Assembly (NCBI GenBank): GCA_037917685.1
Contig: JAVCBU010000003.1
Span: 144,264 to 208,263, forward strand
From: Thermoproteota archaeon
Lineage (GTDB): Archaea; Korarchaeota; Korarchaeia; Korarchaeales; JAOZGB01
Direction: 5' to 3'
Length of the DNA: 64,000 bases
A program made the position numbers and the translations under genes. Below the pieces are notes generated by a model that did no database searches, had not been told where the DNA came from, and worked only from the letters and a program-made list of their open reading frames with translations. Numbering within the stretch: position 1 is the stretch's first letter; every line of letters starts with the position of its first letter. Shown here one piece after another: positions 9,900-18,234 of this stretch.

Positions 9900-10066
9900 C
9901 TAAGACAACTTTTCGAACATGTCCTTTCCAACTCTGCAAACAGGGCAAACCCAGTCTTCAGGAAGGTTTTCGAAGGGTGTGCCAGGTGGCACGCCTGAGT
10001 CTGGGTCGCCGAGTTCAGGGTCATATACATAACCGCACACTTTGCAACGATCTTATCCATGGTCAT
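9900..10066 (-). pseudogene. rubredoxin with out-of-frame start (frameshift, assembly error or recoding)
   Basis: Frame 9900-10052 encodes [50 protein letters not shown], which has both CxxC knuckles. That frame has TAA immediately upstream (10053-10055) and no start codon. ATG 10066 and ATG 10060 are in another frame. One missing base after ATGGATAAGAT would give MDKI-RCKVCGY. Confidence 0.8.
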
Positions 10067-10106
10067 TCACACCGAACCTTAAGATCTACCCTGTTAGTTC
10101 ATGGAT

Positions 10107-10286
10107 CTATGCTGGTGCGTAGTAGCAACGTTTAGGAGAAGTTATTTTCCCCCTCTTCTTAAGCTCTTTAATAATCTTTGAAACCTCATTTTTAGGAAGC
10201 CCGGTTAGATCAGCCACTTCTCCAGGTCTTAGGGGCTTGCCAGCCTTTTTCATCGCTTCTAATATGGCCTTTTCTTTATCCTCCAT
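10107..10286 (-). CDS. small winged-helix DNA-binding protein (59 aa, below the ORF-track cutoff)
   Basis: ATG 10286 to TAG 10107 encodes MEDKEKAILEAMKKAGKPLRPGEVADLTGLPKNEVSKIIKELKKRGKITSPKRCYYAPA, a wHTH pattern. It lies between the peroxiredoxin and rubredoxin genes. Confidence 0.6.
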   Translation of the reverse strand: MEDKEKAILEAMKKAGKPLRPGEVADLTGLPKNEVSKIIKELKKRGKITSPKRCYYAPA

Positions 10287-10343
10287 AAAGTAACACCTAC
10301 ACTAATATACTCCTGAAAGTTAAAAATGTAGGGAGTGATTAGC

Positions 10344-10991
10344 TTATAGCTTCTTATAGCAGAACCACCAGTCGTAGCATTCGTACTTCTTGACCCTCTC
10401 CTCAGCGGTTTTCTCATCTTCAGCAGGCGGTATGATCACCTTGTCTCCAATCAGCTCGTTTTCAGGCCAGTTAGCAGGCATAGCAACGCCGTTCTTGTCG
10501 GAGATCTGAAGGGCCTTCACCATCCTCAGGATCTCGTCCATGTTTCTTCCAAGTTCCTGAGGATAGTATAGTATCGCCCTGAGGATTCCTTCAGGGTCGA
10601 TTATGAATACAGCTCTGACGGTGTTGGTTCCCTTCTTTGGATGAATCATTCCAAGCATGCAAGCTATGTTTCCAGTGTCGTCTGCGATTATTGGAAACTC
10701 TATTTTGACGTTAAGTTTCTCCTTTATCCACTGCACCCATTTTATGTGGCTGAACACCTGATCTATGCTTAGACCTATGAGCTCACAGTTTAGCTCCTTG
10801 AACTTGTCATACCTTTTCTGGAATGCTACGAACTCTGTTGTGCATACTGGTGTAAAGTCTGCTGGATGGCTGAATAGTACAACCCATTTGCCTTTATAAT
10901 CGTCTGGGAATTTTACTACACCTTTCGTTGTTTTCGCCTCGAAGCTTGGGAATTTCTCACCTATAAGAGGGAGCTTGATCTCTTCGGTCAT
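10344..10991 (-). CDS. peroxiredoxin (archaeal Prx6-like thiol peroxidase)
   Basis: 215 aa. Peroxidatic Cys motif [12 protein letters not shown] and C-terminal [18 protein letters not shown] lies 8 nt upstream of the ATG. Confidence 0.9.
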   Translation of the reverse strand: MTEEIKLPLIGEKFPSFEAKTTKGVVKFPDDYKGKWVVLFSHPADFTPVCTTEFVAFQKRYDKFKELNCELIGLSIDQVFSHIKWVQWIKEKLNVKIEFPIIADDTGNIACMLGMIHPKKGTNTVRAVFIIDPEGILRAILYYPQELGRNMDEILRMVKALQISDKNGVAMPANWPENELIGDKVIIPPAEDEKTAEERVKKYECYDWWFCYKKL

Positions 10992-11024
10992 ATATTTACA
11001 CCTCCACGTACATATTGGTTCGGA

Positions 11025-11052
11025 AATATTATAAATTTTTCATTATAATATT
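11025..11052. promoter_or_regulatory. AT-rich inverted repeat in a divergent promoter region (possible paired TATA boxes or Lrp site)
   Basis: AATATTATAA (11025-11034), an 8-nt spacer, then TTATAATATT (11043-11052). The left arm lies -33 to -24 from ATG 11058. The sequence is low complexity, so this is weak. Confidence 0.3.
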
Positions 11053-11057
11053 CATAT

Positions 11058-11480
11058 ATGGTTCGAATTTCGGACATTGATCTTGTAAGGGTGCTCATGG
11101 AAAACGCCAGACTGTCCTACGTTAAAATAGCAGATATTTTCGGGGTCTCAGAGGCTGCGATTAGGAAGCGTGTTAAGAAGCTTGAAGAAACGGGCGTCAT
11201 AAAGAAATACACTGTTGAAGTAGACCCTAGGAAGCTTGGCTATGAGGTTAAAGCATTAATAGGAATAGACACAACCCCCGAGAGGTTTATCCACCTGGTT
11301 AACGAGCTTAAAACCATGGATAACGTTATAAGCTTGTACACCGCTTCAGGCGACCACATGATAATCATTGAGTGCTGGTTTAAAAACCCAGAAGAACTAT
11401 CCGTATTTATAAAGCTCCTTGAAGAGAGGGAAGGTGTCACCAGGGTTTGCCCGGCGATAATACTTGAGAAAATTAAGTAG
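11058..11480 (+). CDS. Lrp/AsnC-family transcriptional regulator
   Basis: 140 aa. An N-terminal HTH (ARLSYVKIADIFGVSEAAIRKRVKKLEETGVIKKY) plus a RAM domain. Confidence 0.85.
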   Translation: MVRISDIDLVRVLMENARLSYVKIADIFGVSEAAIRKRVKKLEETGVIKKYTVEVDPRKLGYEVKALIGIDTTPERFIHLVNELKTMDNVISLYTASGDHMIIIECWFKNPEELSVFIKLLEEREGVTRVCPAIILEKIK

Positions 11481-11735
11481 GAAGTATGCCAAGGATGAGA
11501 AGTGCAGATATCGAATGTAATACACTTTTGAAGTTTGTACAGTGGACTTTGTGCTAGGTTTATAGGTTTCAGTTCAGATTCTAAAATACCATGCCCAAGG
11601 GGGAGCACAGGCTTACGACTTTATCGTGATATTTAAAGGAAGATTGGCAGGTAAGACCGGTCCTATCTTACCCAAACACTGATGGACAAAGTTAAAGGTA
11701 AATAAAATAATCATTCTAGGAATCGGTGGTGTGGT

Positions 11736-12008
11736 ATGAGTAGCTCGGGAGTAAAGGTTCTGATTAACATGTGTGTAGACCCAAAGGAGCTTGATGAAAT
11801 AATAGCCCGTCTAAAGGAACATAGATGGGTAAAAGACTTGTACGAGGTTACAGGTGACTACGACATAGTAGCCCTAGTGGAGGCAGATGACATTGTAGAA
11901 TTTAGGAACCTCTTAAAAAGGGAGATACTATCGATCAAAGGCGTTAAATTGACAAATAGTGTTGTAATTCTGTATACTCATAAGAGGGAAGGGGAACAGG
12001 TGGAGTAG
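11736..12008 (+). CDS. stand-alone Lrp/AsnC ligand-binding (RAM) domain protein
   Basis: 90 aa with VKVLINMCVDP...VKDLYEVTGDYDIVALVEADDIVEFRNLL...IKGVKLTNSVVIL. Confidence 0.65.
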   Translation: MSSSGVKVLINMCVDPKELDEIIARLKEHRWVKDLYEVTGDYDIVALVEADDIVEFRNLLKREILSIKGVKLTNSVVILYTHKREGEQVE

Positions 12009-12383
12009 AGCTTAAATTGGGAAAAAATACTAATCTTAGTCCCAAATCCGGACCTAGACCTTCTAGGACCCATATACCGGGTAGCAGAGCTGTTAAAAGG
12101 ATGCGAGGTAACGATCTTCTACCCACTTATGGTTCCAGTAGTTTCTCTTTTGGACGAGGAAGAGTTTAAAGATCAGATAGAGAAGGCCGAAGAGAAGCTT
12201 TCACCATTTGTAGCCAAAGTTAAACCGCTTTTCTCAAAAGTTACGGTGAAGGTATCCCTCGTAAGAGACCAAACCGAAGCGGCTGTTGTTGAAGCTGAAA
12301 GCGGAGAGTACAGCCTCATAGTGGTATATAGGAGCCGTGAGAAAATTAGAAGTATATTTAGGCATGAAAAGTTTGTTAAATAG
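12009..12383 (+). CDS. universal-stress-protein-like protein; conserved N-terminus lies upstream of the first ATG (12129)
   Basis: The frame is open from 12009 and encodes ..EKILILVPNPDLDLLGPIYRVAELLKGCEVTIFYPLMVPVV...EAAVVEAESGEYSLIVVY. There is no ATG/GTG/TTG before 12129. It is in frame with the preceding gene across a single TAG (12006-12008). Confidence 0.5.
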   Translation, partial: SLNWEKILILVPNPDLDLLGPIYRVAELLKGCEVTIFYPLMVPVVSLLDEEEFKDQIEKAEEKLSPFVAKVKPLFSKVTVKVSLVRDQTEAAVVEAESGEYSLIVVYRSREKIRSIFRHEKFVK

Positions 12384-12528
12384 TTGAAAAAACAGATAAA
12401 CCTGTCCTGTTTATTTGACATCCACCGTTAAGTGAAACTTTGCTTATCTATGCTGCTGCACTATTATCCTATTCACTTCCAAGTGTTAAGCCTTTTAACC
12501 TAGTCATGGGTGAATAGTTTGATGTTAT

Positions 12529-13080
12529 ATGTTGTGGCTAATCGTTGGAGTAATAGCTCTGCTCGTCTTGATAGCTGTCTACTACATTAATAGGATAGTG
12601 GTTCTATCTAACCGTGTAGACACTGCATGGGCTCAGATAGATGTCCAACTGAAAAAGAGGGCTGACCTGGTTCCAAACCTGGTTGAGACTGTTAAGGGCT
12701 ATATGAAACACGAGCGGAAGGTTATTGAAATGATCACCAAGGCTAGGGAAAGAATGATGGGTGCCAGAACCTTTAAGGAGAGAATTGAGGCTGAAGGAGA
12801 GCTCACTAGGGCTCTTAAAACGTTGTTCGCGCTTGCTGAGAACTATCCTAATCTCCGAGCCAGCGAAAACTTCAAACTACTCCAGGAGCAGCTTGAAGGT
12901 ATAGAGAACAAGATAGCATATGCAAGGCAGTTCTACAATGACTCAGTTCTAGAGTTCAACAATACGATATCAACAATTCCAGGCGTATTCTTCGCAAAGC
13001 TCATTGGGAAAGATAAGCCTAGAGAGTACTTTGAGATCCCTGAGGCTGAGAGGGCGCCGCCAAGGGTAAGCTTCGAGTGA
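12529..13080 (+). CDS. lemA: LemA-family protein
   Basis: 183 aa. N-terminal TM, then VDTAWAQIDVQLKKRADLVPNLVETVKGY...ENYPNLRASENF..LQEQL..IENKIAYARQFYN. Confidence 0.85.
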   Translation: MLWLIVGVIALLVLIAVYYINRIVVLSNRVDTAWAQIDVQLKKRADLVPNLVETVKGYMKHERKVIEMITKARERMMGARTFKERIEAEGELTRALKTLFALAENYPNLRASENFKLLQEQLEGIENKIAYARQFYNDSVLEFNNTISTIPGVFFAKLIGKDKPREYFEIPEAERAPPRVSFE

Positions 13081-13087
13081 TCCAGCC

Positions 13088-13987
13088 TTGGAGAGGAAGC
13101 ATATAAGCTTCTACGACCAGATAGCCAGAAACAAGAGGAAGTCTTTCCTGCTGGCTGTTGGGGTTTTCGCGCTCCTGACATCCATGATCTACCTCATCGG
13201 ACTCGCCGTTGCACCGGAATACTCCACAGCACTCCTATTTTTCGGCTTGATCTTTTCATCAGTCCACGTTCTAACCACTTACAACTATGGTGATAAACTC
13301 ATACTTTCAGCGGTAAAAGCACAGCCTGCTGACCCTAGAAGGCATGTATACCTTATAAACACCGTTGAGGGGTTAAGCATAGCAGCTGGGATACCGCCTC
13401 CTAAAGTCTACATCTTAGACTGGGACGATATTAACGCCTTCGCCACGGGCAAGGACCCTAAACATGCCAGCATAGCTGTGACAAGGGGTGCATTGGAGAA
13501 ACTAGATAGGTTGGAGCTTGAGGGCGTGGTAGGACATGAGATAGCGCATATAGCAAACTATGATATCAGATTCATGACTGTAGTAGCAGCCATGGTAGGC
13601 CTAATAGCGATTGTATCAGACATGTTTCTAAGATCTATTAGGTACACGCCTAGGAGAAAGGACGATAAGAAAGGTAAGGGGGGCCTGATAATGCTTATAG
13701 CTCTGCTTCTGGCAGTAGTATCGCCGATAATAGCGAGAATAGTGCAGGCAGCGATCTCCAGGGAAAGAGAGTTCCTTGCGGATGCAACATCAGCTAAGCT
13801 AACTCGATACCCTGAGGGGTTAGCCTCCGCCTTGGAAAAGATAATGAGGTTCAACAAGGCTAAAAACAGGGTTAGTGAGGCTGTATCCCACTTATTCATA
13901 TCAGATCCTAATAGAAGCCCGTTAGACATGCTGTTTGCAACACATCCGCCTATTGAAGAGAGAATCAAGATTCTCAGGTCAATGTAG
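13088..13987 (+). CDS. M48-family zinc metalloprotease (HtpX-like)
   Basis: 299 aa with a TTG start. HEIAHI, downstream SREREFLADA, and C-terminal FATHPPIEERI, with TM segments. The pairing with LemA is common. Confidence 0.8.
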   Translation: MERKHISFYDQIARNKRKSFLLAVGVFALLTSMIYLIGLAVAPEYSTALLFFGLIFSSVHVLTTYNYGDKLILSAVKAQPADPRRHVYLINTVEGLSIAAGIPPPKVYILDWDDINAFATGKDPKHASIAVTRGALEKLDRLELEGVVGHEIAHIANYDIRFMTVVAAMVGLIAIVSDMFLRSIRYTPRRKDDKKGKGGLIMLIALLLAVVSPIIARIVQAAISREREFLADATSAKLTRYPEGLASALEKIMRFNKAKNRVSEAVSHLFISDPNRSPLDMLFATHPPIEERIKILRSM

Positions 13988-14145
13988 GCGAACCTTCAAA
14001 TTCGTTAGCAGCTGATTGTAATAACACTCATATGCCAGGCGCAAGGGTAATTTTGAGTGATTGATGTATCCGCAGGCCTGTTATGTATACAATTGTCGAA
14101 TATGATTTATTTTGATGATGCGTTTAACATCAGGGTAAGGTTGAA

Positions 14146-15357
14146 TTGGAAGAATCCTCCGAGGAAGACGATAGTAGCTTGCTACATAACAGAAATCTAA
14201 GAGGTCTAGTGCTATCCAACATGATTTCAGGTTTTACGAGAAACATCCCAGGCGCCGCGTTAAACGTCTATATCTATGATATTGCCTCATCATACTCGGT
14301 TCTCGGATATCTGTCATCAATTCCCAGTCTACTTTCAATATTCTTCTCGAGGTTCTGGAGCGTCCTAAGCGATATGTCGGGGAGGCGTAAGCCTTTCATA
14401 ATGACTTCGATGATCTTCTCAGTCCTCTTTACCTTGCTCTACGCCTTCTGGGCTACAAGACCTGAGCATTTCCTCTACATAAGCATCATGGGCTCGATAT
14501 TTTCGATAGGTGGTGGGGCTTTCAACGCAGCTTTAACCTCGGTTTCCTCCAGGATAGGAGAGGCTGTAGGTAAGTATAACTTCGCCGTTGGTGCATCCTC
14601 CACAGCTGGTTCTATGATGAGTGGATGGTTTGTGGAGCACTATGGTATCTCAAAAGCTTTTAAGATAAGCCTAGCTGGTACAGCCGCTTCTGCAGTTTTA
14701 TTTGCGGTCTACTACCATGAGGAGGGATCCGTAGCAAATGTTAAGCGGGACTTGAAAACTGCACTTAAACATACATTAGCCTTCAAGCTTCCATCCATGG
14801 GAAATGCAGTGCTACTTATCTCCGTGTTACTGGCTTTGAAAGGGTCATTTTACGATTTACCTGCTTCTATGAAGCTTTACTTGCTGTCGGAAAATTCGAA
14901 AACGATATACACTATAGTTCTAAGCACCGCTGGCGTTCTTGCATTTATTACATATCCATTCTACGGCAGGCTTGTTGACAGATATGGGCCAGCGAAAACC
15001 TTGCTGGCGTCTTCAATAGCCTACTCCTTCTACCTGCCAGTCTTGGCATTGATTGACTCGTTTCCAATATTTGTATTCCTATGGACAGTGCCTATAGGCT
15101 CGCTTCAAGGATTAGCCCTTATGGCAATAAAGGCCCTTATATCCGAACCGGAAATGAGAGCGCAGACGATGTCCACGATAGACAGCATCTCCTCAATTAC
15201 GGGTTCTATTGGGACGTTGTTTGTTGGAAGGCTCATGGATAGTGTAGGGCCTTCGCAGCCCCTCTTTATAGCTGCCTTTTTAAATGCTGCCACCATACCT
15301 ATACTCATAAACCTTAAAGGAGAGAAATATGGCCAAATGCCCGCGTTGTGGCGGTAG
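14146..15357 (+). CDS. MFS-type transporter
   Basis: 403 aa with about 12 TM segments and a loop motif SDMSGRRKPF between TM2 and TM3. Confidence 0.7.
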   Translation: MEESSEEDDSSLLHNRNLRGLVLSNMISGFTRNIPGAALNVYIYDIASSYSVLGYLSSIPSLLSIFFSRFWSVLSDMSGRRKPFIMTSMIFSVLFTLLYAFWATRPEHFLYISIMGSIFSIGGGAFNAALTSVSSRIGEAVGKYNFAVGASSTAGSMMSGWFVEHYGISKAFKISLAGTAASAVLFAVYYHEEGSVANVKRDLKTALKHTLAFKLPSMGNAVLLISVLLALKGSFYDLPASMKLYLLSENSKTIYTIVLSTAGVLAFITYPFYGRLVDRYGPAKTLLASSIAYSFYLPVLALIDSFPIFVFLWTVPIGSLQGLALMAIKALISEPEMRAQTMSTIDSISSITGSIGTLFVGRLMDSVGPSQPLFIAAFLNAATIPILINLKGEKYGQMPALWR

Positions 15358-15763
15358 AGTAGAGCTTTTCGCCGGTGGATACTTCGGCCTGATCTATCAG
15401 TGCAGGCAATGTGGTTACAGAGGTGTAGTGGTAGTCGAGGTTGAGCCGTCCGACTTCCAACAGTTCTGGGGGGTAGGCGCTGATGAAGCATGGAGTGAAA
15501 TAGCTGCTAAGCTCCCGGAAGACTCAGGTATCAGGATAAACGGCCGGTTGGAAGTGTATGATAGGGGTAAAGCAGCCAGAGTCTTAGATAAAATAGTGAA
15601 AGAGGGTTTATCCAGCTTGCCGCCGGAACTCTCCCGAAAACTCCGTAAAAACAGCCTTGTAGACCGGCTTTTCGGGAATCCCCTCAGAAACATTTTTATC
15701 AAAATGCTTATTGAATCAGCTTGGCGTGTAAAGATTGAAAGTCGCCATACCAACAAACGATAA
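15329..15763 (+). CDS. hypothetical zinc-ribbon protein
   Basis: 144 aa. N-terminal CPRCGG...CRQCG ribbon. No family recognised. Confidence 0.35.
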   Translation: MAKCPRCGGRVELFAGGYFGLIYQCRQCGYRGVVVVEVEPSDFQQFWGVGADEAWSEIAAKLPEDSGIRINGRLEVYDRGKAARVLDKIVKEGLSSLPPELSRKLRKNSLVDRLFGNPLRNIFIKMLIESAWRVKIESRHTNKR

Positions 15764-16097
15764 ATTAATGGTCTCTGATAGGTTTGGCAGGTCAAATTAC
15801 TTCACCATTCTCACCGTTGAGGGGGGTAGTGTTAAATCACGCGTCTATGTTGTAAACGAGGAGTATAAGGGTCACAGGCAACTTCACGAGATTCTTAAAG
15901 ACTGTAATGCTGTGATCTGCCGGCATCTAGGTCCCAAGATATTTGCAGAGCTTAAAGACAAAGGCATAGAAGTGTATCTTGTTAAAGAACCAGTTTCAAT
16001 CGGTGAAGCTGTAGAAATGTTTATTAGTGGCAGGCTTAAACCGGCAGAGAAGCCTGCTCCATGCGGTCTTAGGAAAAGAAACTCTTCACCCTCCTAA
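15735..16097 (+). CDS. NifB/NifX-family (dinitrogenase FeMo-cofactor-binding-like) small protein
   Basis: 120 aa: MKVAIPTNDKLMVSDRFGRSNYFTILTVEGG...ILKDCNAVICRHLGPKIFAELKDKGIEVY. Confidence 0.7.
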   Translation: MKVAIPTNDKLMVSDRFGRSNYFTILTVEGGSVKSRVYVVNEEYKGHRQLHEILKDCNAVICRHLGPKIFAELKDKGIEVYLVKEPVSIGEAVEMFISGRLKPAEKPAPCGLRKRNSSPS

Positions 16098-16884
16098 ATA
16101 TCAGCCTAGCCTGATACCATGATACAAAAGCGCAGATATCCTCATACCTTTCAACATTGCTTAGATATCCACTGATCATGGAAACTCCTATTTTCGGGGA
16201 CTTTAAACCATAAAGAAGGCATCTGCCGGCTACATATACAGGATTATACCCTAACGCCTTCATCCCCTTCCCCCAGGTGAACGCTTTTCTATTGTTCATT
16301 ATGGTTGGTCTTAAGAGTACATAGTTTATGTCCCCATATACTCCGACATGTCTACCCTCCATCAGAGCCTTGTATACCGGGTAGTGCTCAAAACCATAGT
16401 TCTCAGGATACCTGAAGCCTATAGTTCCAAACCATTCCGCGTCGAATATCCTACCGCTTCCTCTGACCCCTGGGAATTCTGTTTTCTCTCCTTTAAACGT
16501 TCCCGAGGCAATCACATCCTCGTTTTTCTTCATTCTTTCGATAAGCCTTCTCACGTAATCCGGCGGATAATATGTGTCCGCCCCACTAACCATTACATAA
16601 TCCGGATCGGTCTTATATGCCTCTGAGAATCCTATGTTCAAAATTTTAGGTATCCATGGAGTTCCAATCCTGTTTTCCCTATGAGGAGGTAGATCTATTA
16701 TTACATCTGCATATGCTTCAGCTATCTTCCTTGTGTTATCAGTACTACCATCGTTGACCAGCATTAAAGTTACCCTGACACTCTGTTTTTTCAGGCTTGC
16801 CAGACATCTTCCTATAACAGACTCTTCGTTTCTTGCTGGAATCACACACGTGATATTATACTTGGCCGCTCCTATCTCCGACAC
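16069..16884 (-). CDS. family 2 glycosyltransferase
   Basis: 271 aa with CVIPARNEESVIGRCLASLKKQ...LVNDGSTDNT. Confidence 0.8.
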   Translation of the reverse strand: MSEIGAAKYNITCVIPARNEESVIGRCLASLKKQSVRVTLMLVNDGSTDNTRKIAEAYADVIIDLPPHRENRIGTPWIPKILNIGFSEAYKTDPDYVMVSGADTYYPPDYVRRLIERMKKNEDVIASGTFKGEKTEFPGVRGSGRIFDAEWFGTIGFRYPENYGFEHYPVYKALMEGRHVGVYGDINYVLLRPTIMNNRKAFTWGKGMKALGYNPVYVAGRCLLYGLKSPKIGVSMISGYLSNVERYEDICAFVSWYQARLIFRRVKSFFS

Positions 16885-18142
16885 CTATACAGTAATATTT
16901 CTGTTTGAAGATTCTTCCACGCCAGAGAGCTCTCCCATCAACAATTAATTTTACATTTTGAGGTATTTCTATATGCTTATAGTTCTGGTGAGCGGTTACA
17001 ACCACTATAACATTAGCCTCTTGCAGGAGGGGCTTGAGTCTTGCCCCTATCGCTCCAGTGAGTCTCTCTATCTCTTCGTTAGTGTAAAGGGGATCATTGC
17101 AGTAAACCTTCAATCCATGCTCTCTTAGGTATGAGATTAATGGTAGTGCTGGAGAGTATCTATGCTCTTTAACCCCTGGCCTAAAGGCTAATCCCAAGAC
17201 TCCAACTACCGGTTTGACTAGTCCTAGCTCTTTGCTGAGTTCAACCGTTCTTGAAGCCAGCTTTTCCGGCATTAGACTGTTAATCTCTCTTGCCATTTTT
17301 ATCAGCTTGGTCTCAGCCTGGCTGATTATGAAATGAGGGTAGACAGGTATGCAGTGGCCGCCAACGCCTGCTCCAGCCTCATGTATGTGGCAGTAGGGCT
17401 GTGTGTTTGCTGCCAGCCTTACATCCCAGAAGTCTATCCCCATCTGCTCGCATACAAGGGCAAGCTCGTTCGCAAGGGCGATATTTACATCTCTATATAT
17501 GCCTTCGAAAACCTTTACTGCCTCGGCGGTCTTACAGTCCCTCACTATTATTATGCCCTTGGTGAAAACTTTCTCATACACTTCCTTTGTCTTCATGGCT
17601 GACTCGATGTTTATGCCGCCTATAATCTTCGGGTAGGTTTTAAAGTCCTTTAGGGCTCTTCCACTCATTACTCTTTCAGGAGCATGGGATACGTAAAAGT
17701 CTCTACCGGCCTTTAGACCTGTCCTTTCAAGTATTGGAACTAATACTTTCCTCGTAGTTCCAGGCGGCAGAGTGGTCTCAGTGACGTAGACGTCGCCGGG
17801 CTTAAGTCCCTTGGCTATACTTTCTGTAGCCTCTATAAGATATGTAAAGTCTGGCTGGCCGTTACTGGAAAGGATGAGAGGCACCGCCACGATTTTAAAA
17901 TTAGAGTTTCGCGATGCCCATATTCCATCGACGGTAGCGGTAAACATACCCTTTGAAACAGCCTTCCTTAGAATCTCATCCACTCCAGGCTCATCGATGT
18001 GGGCTGTTCCCTGGTTCAGCTTTTCAACAACCTCCAGGTTCTTGTCAACCCCTATAACCTTGTATCCTGTCTCTAGAAATGCGCATGCCAGAGGAAGCCC
18101 GACCTTCCCCAGGCCGAAGATAGAGATTACTGTTTCACGCAT
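16856..18142 (-). CDS. nucleotide-sugar dehydrogenase (UDP-ManNAc/UDP-glucose dehydrogenase family, WecC-like)
   Basis: 428 aa. N-terminal Rossmann IFGLGKVGLPLACAF and catalytic GAGVGGHCIPVYP. Confidence 0.85.
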   Translation of the reverse strand: MRETVISIFGLGKVGLPLACAFLETGYKVIGVDKNLEVVEKLNQGTAHIDEPGVDEILRKAVSKGMFTATVDGIWASRNSNFKIVAVPLILSSNGQPDFTYLIEATESIAKGLKPGDVYVTETTLPPGTTRKVLVPILERTGLKAGRDFYVSHAPERVMSGRALKDFKTYPKIIGGINIESAMKTKEVYEKVFTKGIIIVRDCKTAEAVKVFEGIYRDVNIALANELALVCEQMGIDFWDVRLAANTQPYCHIHEAGAGVGGHCIPVYPHFIISQAETKLIKMAREINSLMPEKLASRTVELSKELGLVKPVVGVLGLAFRPGVKEHRYSPALPLISYLREHGLKVYCNDPLYTNEEIERLTGAIGARLKPLLQEANVIVVVTAHQNYKHIEIPQNVKLIVDGRALWRGRIFKQKYYCIGVGDRSGQV

Positions 18143-18234
18143 CTATTATCCCTCACACTAATCCCAAACCTCCCATGGTAAACCTAAAATGTTCTCATTC
18201 ATAAGGGACGACCTATCTGAAAGTTACGCTTATG

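Noticed and set aside
9869-10066. 65-aa ORF from the track ([19 protein letters not shown]...)
   Set aside because: It is the wrong reading frame of the rubredoxin locus. The shifted frame encodes a near-perfect rubredoxin, whereas this product has no recognisable features.
11058-11068. GGTTCGAAT, a tRNA T-arm-like string
   Set aside because: It is the first codons (ATG GTT CGA ATT) of the Lrp-family CDS, and no cloverleaf can be drawn. I found no tRNA-like structure in any intergenic region.
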